Source: Hormiphora californensis (Eukaryota > Animalia > Ctenophora). Taken from it: 64,000 nucleotides of DNA. Numbering within the stretch: position 1 is the first letter of the stretch; each line of letters begins with the position of its first letter. Of this stretch, positions 55,199 to 64,000 are shown in pieces. The DNA lies in the NCBI GenBank assembly GCA_020137815.1, contig CM035360.1, positions 2,046,001 to 2,110,000 on the forward strand. The letters are read 5' to 3'. The position numbers and the translations under genes were made by a program. The notes under the pieces were generated by a model. It saw only the letters and a program-made list of their open reading frames with translations. It had not been told where the DNA came from and did not search any database.

Positions 55199-56524
55199 TC
55201 AGAGGGTATCTGTTGTTGATATGGCGGTATATGACCGGGGTTGCCTAAAGTGCTCGGTGGGATCTATACCTCTCGTTATCATGTCCTCCATTAGGACTTC
55301 TTCGTAGGTCGGGATATCAGCGTTCTGGAAGAGAGGGAGGGATTAGAAACCAATGATGATGATGAAACTTGATTGTTCTATTATTTTGGGTCGAGGAAGG
55401 GGTGGGTTGAGGGACAGAATGTCATGATCTGACATGGGAGAAGAATGTGTTTGATATAATATGGGCAAGATATCTCTTCCTCTGTGACGGTTCGGTAAAT
55501 TAAGATAAAGTTTCTAGCTGGAAATAAAAGATAGACACCTACCAGTGCTGGTACGCATGGTTTGTATCTTGGATCGACTGTTGGTGGAAGGGAAGCTCCA
55601 TCCATCCTCAACCTGTCTCTCCTGTTATTGTTTATCACGGCCCTGTTTCTGCACCTCACTAACAGGACCACAATGGCAATCAGAAGTGCTACTGATACAC
55701 CTAGAACCACGTATAGCACCCAGGGTTGTACTCCCGCTGGAGAGTGGGAGAGAGAATGGGAAGGGTTAGATGTTAGAGAGACAAATGGGGAGGGTTAGAG
55801 AGAGAAAGAGAGAGAGATGGAGGGTTATAATAGGAGAGACAGAGCAATGTGGATTGTGAAGGGAGGATTCTGAACGTGGAAGAAAAAGAGGATGATAAGA
55901 GAGAATACGTTTTCTAGTTACCTGGAAAAGCTGTGTTTTCCTCACTCATCTGCCCCTCTTTTGGGTAGGGCTGCACGTGGCTCAACTCCACTATAACATC
56001 ACTAGCACTTCTTGAGGCATGCTTTACTATGTAGTCGTAGATTGAAAGAGCTGCCTTGGAGCTCTCGTACCCAGCACTCTCGAATGACACGTCTAGGGAG
56101 AACATGGGTTTAATTGGAGGAGGGTTCACAAATTGGGCTGTATTCTATTATCGGATTAACAGTTGCTCAACCCTCTCTTTGTAAAATTAGGGTTAGAAAA
56201 TAACAAGCTGTAATTGTACCTGTGTTGGAGTCGGCTACAGTGATCTGAATATACTTTTCATACAGGTCGAACTCTTGAACTGACACGGTAGTTGTGATTC
56301 GTTTCTAAACAAGGTGCTGGGTGTTAGAGAGGAGGGTCACCCCTAGGGGGGGGGTGCACTAGTGAAAAAGGGGCACTATTCTGGGGACCCCAAGGGGCAG
56401 CACCCTTCTCTCCCACATGGAGCCATCCCTACCTCGGAGGTGATGTCTTGTAGAAAATCTGAGAGACGGCTCTTGAACCCCTCAAGATAAAATCCACTGG
56501 GTGGTCGAAATCGGATCTCAGCCC
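55199..56524 (-). CDS. Single-pass membrane protein, amnionless-like C-terminal half (5' exons not found)
   Basis: Five exons. GAEIRFRPPSGFYLEGFKSRLSDFL...YIQITVAD resembles the AMN SEA-like region. It is followed by TM LYVVLGVSVALLIAIVVLLV and a cytoplasmic tail with PTYEEV. Confidence 0.5.
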
Positions 56525-56943
56525 CTGAGGGTGGAAGGAGCGTGGTGGTGAGAGAGAGAGAGAGAGATAGAGAGATTGAAGGAGCGTGTGAGGGGGTGGG
56601 AGAAGGGTGCGCGCGCATCAAAACGCGCCAAGGCCTCCGTAAAACACGTCCTATCGGTAGACCTTTTGCGGGAAAAGATTTTGCCACACTCTCTCCCAGA
56701 TGACACACACACATATCCAATCTCTCAGTACAACCATCTAAAACCCCATCCCCACCTCCAAAGAGAGAAAAAGCGCCAAGTCATATATATCCCCACAAAC
56801 CAAGACACGTTTATATAAACTCTCACTCAACTACCCTATCATTTAGTCTCTATCTCTCCATCTCTCTCCAGCCAGTGGAGATCAGGAGAGATACTTCCTG
56901 CAGGATTAATTAACACTAATTAACACTGCATACCAGGCTACTT

Positions 56944-57151
56944 TTAATCTGCGCAAAGGTATGGGACGTTTCAATCCCTTTTCTTGTAAGTAGAAACTAA
57001 ACCCTTTGCCCCGGTGTAGATGTCACGTTCAGAGGCTGCGGCAAAGATGTCACGGACCAAGTCACGGACCCTCTCACGGGTCATGGGGATGGAGGTATCC
57101 ACGTTCGACTGGGAGGGGAGGAAGGGGTAAATGAAGAGACATAGGGAGAGA

Positions 57152-57208
<57 letters not shown>

Positions 57209-59106
57209 AGAGAATGAGAGAGAATGAGAGGGTGAGTTTAAAATATCAAAAGGTGAACAGATGTCATTAACGAGATTGATGGGTGACAACAAACATTTGA
57301 CACGAGAGAAAATGAGAAGATCGTCATGAGAAGAGAGAGAAGAAAGAAGAGGGGATGGGCGAGGGGAACAATGTAGGAACCATTGGGTAGCGGAAGTTCT
57401 TTATTGTCAGGAGTTATTGTGCTGCAGATGGTTCCTGCAGTGATGATGTCACGTGATGTCATAGAAAAGGAAAGCGTACTTTACTTGTTGCACGCGTCTC
57501 AAACAGGACTTGTGCGATAGCTAACAGTATATAATTTGGATTTGAGTCGAAGAAACACACTTAGATTTTGGGGACGTTATAGATAACAGCAGTATACAAT
57601 TGTTGTTACCTGATTCTTGAATCCAATCTGGTTATCTAGTAGGGGCTGGATAATAGCAGATGCACTACCCGAGGCCCGGTAGCTCTCCCTCTCATAGGAA
57701 CCAACGGGGTCATAGCTGAACACGCAACCTGTAAACATGGAAATTTTAGAGATCATATATCGATAACCATAACATGGAAATATTGGAGATTGGAACAAAT
57801 AAGTGGCGGTTAGTAGACGATGTGTAGTGTGCAGTGTGCACGGGGGAACAAATAATAAGGGACTGATACAACCAAAGTAGCGGTTAGAAGATAACGTGTA
57901 CGGGGGACCTTTATACAAACAACAGAGGGTCTAATAAAACAGCATGACCAACTCAAATCAAGTGGGGGCACACATTCACTAGACTGAGGGGACTCATATT
58001 CTGTCATGCAGTAGAAATAAACACATCTTCCCCTCGGGGGTTGCGGATATTATGTGGGGAATACAGGCCGCCCTGGGCTATAGGAGAGAGGGCTAAACAA
58101 TTTAACCTAAACTACACTATAGCCTCTATTGGAGATGAAATCGATTTTAATTTCCATCTCCATTCAGCTTCGCATAATTTGTAGAGGGTGTCCTACTGCA
58201 TTTGTACATCCCGCTGTACAATGTACATGATATGGTGTCCCACATTACCTTTTCCCTGCTTGTCAAGTCCTGCGACCATGTTATATGTGTAGTAGGGGAA
58301 GAACCTCCTGTAGTAGAGGGTGGTAGAGAGCATCTGGGCGATGGCCTCACATGGCATTTCCTTTCCGTGGGTGTGCAGGTACTGTTTCAACCTCGCGTCC
58401 ATCATCTGGGGGATGGGGGAGAGGTTTAGTATTGACAATAAATTAATTGCTGGATGTGGTGGGGAATGATAAATGATAATTGTAGAGTCCATCATCTGGG
58501 ATGGGGGAGATTAGTTTTTCAATAACTTGAACTACTGTTAATCGAAACCGATCGAACAGAAAAGGGGGTCTGAGGGCTTAGAATATTGTGAATACAACTA
58601 ATCAACATGTCAAGCAATTATTATACCTTGGTGATGTACTAATTAATGTATTATATAACCTTGGTGATGTACTAATTAATGTATTATGTTACCTTGGTGA
58701 GAGTCAGGACATCTCCATGGAAACCAACACTACCCAACAGACAATCCTTAGTAACATTCCTAACTTTGGAGACATCCCGGGAGAGGATGGAGTAGCCCTC
58801 GCTCAGACGTGTGTCACTTCCAATAACAGCAAAGTCGTCGCCTGCAACCGCAACTACCGTACCTGGAGGAACGATGTATGAGTTCAGTTGAACTGAGAAA
58901 ATCCTGTTTTTTTTCTCTTTCAGATTACAACAATGTTGTGTCTTTCTATGATTGGAGCTCTATCGTCTCAGTTTAAATGGGTCCAAAAATTTCCATTAAT
59001 AAATTTTTCAAAATCAGGGTATAATCTTACCTCCGTTCATTGCATAAGGGGAGAATCGGTGTTGAGTGGGCTCCATTGCGGCTTTGCTGTCAATCAAAAC
59101 TGCCAT
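56944..59106 (-). CDS. PSMB1: Proteasome subunit beta type-1
   Basis: [60 protein letters not shown]...SGSASAIIQPLLDNQIGFKNQ and LVRDIFAAASERDIYTG. The last ~20 codons are frameshifted. Confidence 0.93.
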
Positions 59107-59394
59107 GTCTTATCAGAGAGAGAAAGCTAACAAATAACGGATTGGTTAGAAAACGTTCTTACGAGTGCAGTAGAAAATAGGGTTACTACAACCCGTGGTG
59201 CTCCGTCATGGCTCACAATGGCACCATGGCAACCGCTCTTATCAAATCAAATAGCTCACAATGCGTCTTTGGCGTGCAATCGACGTAAAGCCGACGGTAA
59301 TGGAGCATAAAAGGAAACAATAATAAAAACAACGCTAGTCAGAAGGGCTAAAATATAAATACAAGTAAAACACATTGATAAAACTATCTCCCCT

Positions 59395-62312
59395 TCACCG
59401 TCTGTATCTGTATCGCTTGAATTGAAACCACAGCTGGAATATACCCTGACTAAACTGGGACTTAAAACTGTATCGATTACTGTACTCCCACTCCCGGTTC
59501 AGCACCTGAAAGGAGAGGATGAATATTGATCTACGTCACATGGACTGACTGATTTGAATTGGAGCAGTGCTAGTTATCCTTCCACGGAATAAAAGAGCTA
59601 GAGGGGGAGAATGAAGAGCTAGGCTAGAGGGAGGAATAGAGAGAGGGATGCCGGATGAATTTATACTTACTTTGAATGCAATGTCTTCATAGGGAGGGCC
59701 GGCAGAAATTGTCAGAATTTTAAAATCCTTATCATCTGAGCACTTTTTTAGCTTGTAAGTTGGAGTACACGTCGGGTCGATCAAATCCTGTAACGGAAGG
59801 GTTTCGTAACAAGATACACCCACAATGAACTACCGTAATTTTGACAGTTGCAGCACCCCTTCACTCAAAGTTTTGAAAGACACACCCTCTAAAAAAATAT
59901 ATTCGTGGTAGGTTGCTGTCAATTTTGACAAGAAATATATTTCTGGAGGCGGGAGTGGCAACAAATATTTATAGATTAATATTTCGCAATTATGGTAAAG
60001 TTCTCTGTGCAGATTCAAAGAGGCAGATTTAAATATACTACTTGGGAAAGATATTGAACTTGTACCTGGTAAAAGATATTAAACAGGTGTACCTGATAGT
60101 AGACACTGAACTAACTGTACCTGGTAGAAGATATTGAATTTGTATCCTTGTACAATCTTGGGAGGAGGATTATCCTGATCGTAGTGAGTCTGATTGTATT
60201 TGTTCCACTCGTAGCCCTGGAACACAGAAGAGAAAACTTGTTACATGCGGAACTACACCCGAAAACCACCACGAAAACTACCCCAAAGTGTCCCTGTCTA
60301 CCAAAAACGCTATGAGACAAACCATTACACAATCTAAAACCGATAACATCCCCCTCCCTAAGACCTAACATCTCCCCCCAAAACAACAATTCATATACCG
60401 TAGAATGTGTTACATGTGCAGAATATACTAATTTGTACATGCACCCGAAAAGTATTTTACTAGGAGATACATATCGTAATGAGAAAATCTCTGGCACAAT
60501 CTAAAACCGATAACATCTCTCCCAAAACAACAATTCATACCGTATGGACGCGATTATAGAATCTCGGTTTTCTAGGCTTGTACATTTCCGCCCAACTGTA
60601 GGAGGCATTCAGTTGGATATCACAGTTAAATAACTCATCGTCTTCCTGGGCCTCTCCCATGAGCGCTAAACCACGCTCCTCTATATCAGTGTCACGATCT
60701 ACCTCTGTTTTCTAAAGTGGGAGAGAGAGAGAGGGAGCTGGTTTAGGGGGTGATGTGTTGGATTAGATGGGTTCTAGTCAGGACCACTATTGGTGCACGG
60801 GCCTGACTATACACAGGGGATTGCAGTTCAGTAGAACTGGGGGAATCGAAGATGTATGGCCTTTGTACAAACATGATGGTGGACCGTGGACCAAGATTAG
60901 CCATTCATACCTCTTTGCCAGTTTTATTCATAACAGCAACTTGGGCCCTCATTTCTTGAATCTCGGACATTATTTTGCTCTCTGTGTACACTAAAGCATC
61001 TGAGAGGGAAATGTTTCAATTCGAGAGGGAACATAGGTACTAGGTAGCATGGAACAACCATGACGGGATGTATATTTATTGGGGAGTTAGGAAATTGAGC
61101 CCTCCTTGTCTAAAGTGAGACCGAAACTAAAAAGGCCCCACTTTTTACCTACCCATTTCAATAGTGTCATGTCTGATAGGGGTGTAACACAGGTCCTCGT
61201 ATTCTTGCTCACATTTATTCTCATCAGGACCATCCCTTTTTATAATCTGGATACCAGCTGAGAGTGATGGATGAGAGGGCCAGGGGAGAGCGAGAGGGAA
61301 AGAGAGAGGGGTGGAAAGCATATGAAATGCTAATTTATAGGAATTGAGTGAAAGAAATGTATTATTTGTTTCGTGAATCAGACAAAAAAATCCGAACTGA
61401 CTAACCAGGACTGTCTTCCCTCTCTTTCCTCTTCTTCTTCTTTTTGCTCCCTGACACACTAGGGAACAGCTCTTCAACAGCTTTATTCTCCACAGCATCT
61501 CTGCTACGTGAGGCAAAGTTCTTATTTTTCGTTATCTGCTCGTGCCGCTCCTGCAGCCGGACCCTCGATATTGACACAAACGCCTGTAATGAACAATTGC
61601 AATCACATAACAATGGTGAATATACGGGGGGGGGGTGACCAATATATATACCCTCTCGACTCATAACAAGAGCTAACAAGATGACAGCTCTGAGTGAGTG
61701 GGACAGGGCGCATGACGATACTGCATTACACACACAATACACCAATCAGTGGGGGGCTAAACGAGAGAGAGAGGAGGTTAGATGAATGATAATTGATCAT
61801 AACACTGTGATCAAGTTACACAAGACCCCTCTACAGATCCAATACCATCTCTCTCTCTCCACGACCCCCTTATGAACAACATTGACTACATCACCATACC
61901 GTTACACCGATTACAAAATGAACAACATCGTATTGTAACATCCAGTTTGACGTTTGTAGGTACCTGAGCAGATACGTTCTCCCAATACGACACGTCAATT
62001 GGTCCACCCTTTTTCAACTTTGCCTGTATCCCCTTGTACATTTCCGCCAACTGTGAACTCGATTTTCCCTTGAATATCTTGGTAATATCGGTATTGACCG
62101 CACTGTTTATCGAGCTCCGGGAGTTTCTCTCTACCCGGAGTTTAGCGTTTACAACCCGGATTTGTTCCTTGCAGATCACCTCCATGTCTTCCCAGAACAC
62201 TTTTTCTGTTTGGTTTCGATCTAGGTCCATGTAAACCTTGATATCGGCCTAGGCAGGGTGAGAGATATGGTGAGTGAGAGAGAAAGATAGAGAGAAAGAG
62301 AAATATAGAGAT

Positions 62313-62344
<32 letters not shown>

Positions 62345-63409
62345 AGATATAGAAAGAAAAAAGAGATAAAGAAAGAAAAAAAGAGAAAAAAAAAGAAAAA
62401 AAGAGAGAGTAAAAGTGAATCTTCGAGTTTCAAACTCCCACAATCAGACCGGCAGGATCAAGAAATAATAGCAACACAATCCTTCAAACCTGTAAATCTT
62501 CAAGATCCTCCAGATTGAGGTTTTCAACGACACTAATGGGCTCCCCTGTTATCTCAACTGACGTTTCATTGGCGTTGTAAATGTAGTACGCAATCAAATC
62601 AATTGGGTTTGCCCTAAGAGAGAGAGAAATTCATGATAAAGTCATTAGATAACAGATATATAGACTGCATACATCAAGTGTGAATTGTAATATTTACACT
62701 GCCCTGGTAACTACGAAATGTACAAGTTGTACATTTTGTAGTTACCAGTACAGTACAACAATTACCTGTTATCCTTGATACGTATCTCAGACCGTTTCCT
62801 CGCCTGCTCAAGATGAAACTGACCCTCTTGATCTTGCCACTCCTTGAATAATACCCCCTCCTTCTCTTGCCTCTCTCTGTCTATCTCCTCTGCCCTTGCA
62901 GCTTGTTCAAGCTCACGTTCCCGACGTCGCTGCTGAACCTGAGAAGTAATGTGGACTGTAATGTGAACTGTGGTGCTAACTGATGCAACACAATACGACA
63001 TAAGAAATAACTGGTTTACATTTTTCTCGAACCCCTGAGTGTGAATTAAACGATGAAATTCGGTGAACGTGGAATGAACTTACTTTCCAAAGTTCAACTT
63101 TCTTTTCCCGTTCTTTTTGTTTGGAAATCATCTGTTTTTGTTCTGATGAGAGTTTATCCGTACCCTCCTCAACCTGCTTTTTCTTCCAAACAAACGCATC
63201 ATCTAAAGTAAAGAGAGAACTCAAAATTTGTAAAAAAATATTTGAAATTAGCAAATTTGTTGCTATAAAGATGAATTTTTTCAGTCTCTGATGTTACAAC
63301 CGAGATGGAAGGCTCAGTTGCAAATATTACCTTTGTTGGATGTTGGTTGGCGTGTTGTTGCATACTGATCCTTGCTCTTCCTCTCACCCTCTTCTGAATC
63401 TGATCCCAT
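59395..63409 (-). CDS. CACTIN: Cactin (spliceosome C complex subunit)
   Basis: FVWKKK, FHLEQARKRSEIRIKDNRA.PID, YKPRKPRFYNRVHTGYEWNKYNQTHYDQDNPPPKIVQGYKFNIFY, AGPPYEDIAFK and LWFQFKRYRYRR*. Confidence 0.95.
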
Positions 63410-63603
63410 AACTACAGAGATATGATGTATCATTCTGAGATCTTATGATTAAATGCATTAGGGACTGACTAGACCGTTTAACAAGCTTCTATTCCCCAAT
63501 CCCCATGAGTATGATTTGAATATTGGGGGGTTATATAAAACGGACCAAAAAGAAGGGATATAATACAAAGGAGCTCTAATAAGTTACACAACTTCTTTTT
63601 CTC

Positions 63604-64000
63604 TCAACTTACACTGACAGTAAATCGTTCACTATTATTACTATCAACCATCACCACGACCTCATGATCACCCTTCCTCAAAACCTCACTCGGCATTTTA
63701 ATAAGTTTGTCTGAGCTCAAAAACAAGTTATTCTCCTCGACTAAAAACCTCACTATGTCTCCAATCCTCACCTCACCCTCTGACCTCATTACCAGCTCCT
63801 TCATCAAATTTGTCAATGCCTCATCCCCATGACCTTGATGTTCGCCCGCTGACACATCTGACCCATCCACATCAGCTGCACTGTACTCTTGGACATTCTC
63901 TGTCGTTGCAAACAGTGCATATCCCGGATTAATCAAATACTCGAAAACATCGTCTATAGACCACCACATGAGGGTCCCGGATTGAATGACACTCGGTACA
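63604..64000 (-). CDS. Probable mitochondrial ribosomal protein L9, running off the window edge
   Basis: YLINPGYALFATTEN resembles the L9 N-domain (NYL.P.G.A..A..EN). IKMPSEVLRKGDHEVVVMVD...FTVSV resembles the L9 C-domain. Confidence 0.55.
   Translation of the reverse strand, partial: VPSVIQSGTLMWWSIDDVFEYLINPGYALFATTENVQEYSAADVDGSDVSAGEHQGHGDEALTNLMKELVMRSEGEVRIGDIVRFLVEENNLFLSSDKLIKMPSEVLRKGDHEVVVMVDSNNSERFTVSVS

Noticed and set aside
57360-57462. Possible extra exon (GTICSTITPDNKELPLPNG) in a PSMB1 intron
   Set aside because: No homology recognised, and PSMB1 is complete without it.
62425-62437. GAGTTTCAAACT resembling an SL 5' end
   Set aside because: Only 12 nt, and it lacks the SL 3' portion.

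Overview
Eukaryotic (animal) draft-assembly window that is intron-rich and dense in (CT/AG)n microsatellites, with a 100-N gap at 50978-51077. A ctenophore origin is inferred, not proven, from a ctenophore-type spliced-leader motif, a divergent SIX homeobox gene and compact gene spacing. Genes from left to right: three tandem carbohydrate-sulfotransferase paralogs (-), PHACTR-like RPEL gene (+), TMC channel-like gene (-), EPRS with five WHEP repeats (-, 5' part missing), intronless SIX homeobox ORF (-), 3' exons of UBE2E (+), amnionless-like membrane protein fragment (-), PSMB1 (-), cactin (-) and a probable MRPL9 (-). Mobile DNA: two 5'-truncated LINEs and many non-autonomous foldback/MITE elements, including 1.0-1.6 kb near-perfect palindromes with recognisable TSDs. 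Most interesting signals: (1) about 60 RFX X-box motifs built into TMC intron minisatellites, plus X-boxes upstream of its ATG; (2) a spliced-leader-like sequence in an EPRS intron, together with tightly packed co-oriented genes that carry acceptor sites just before the ATG (candidate trans-spliced operons); (3) introns built from tandem copies of their own splice sites; (4) foldback elements whose two arms evolve in concert. All exon boundaries and homologies were read by eye, without database searches.
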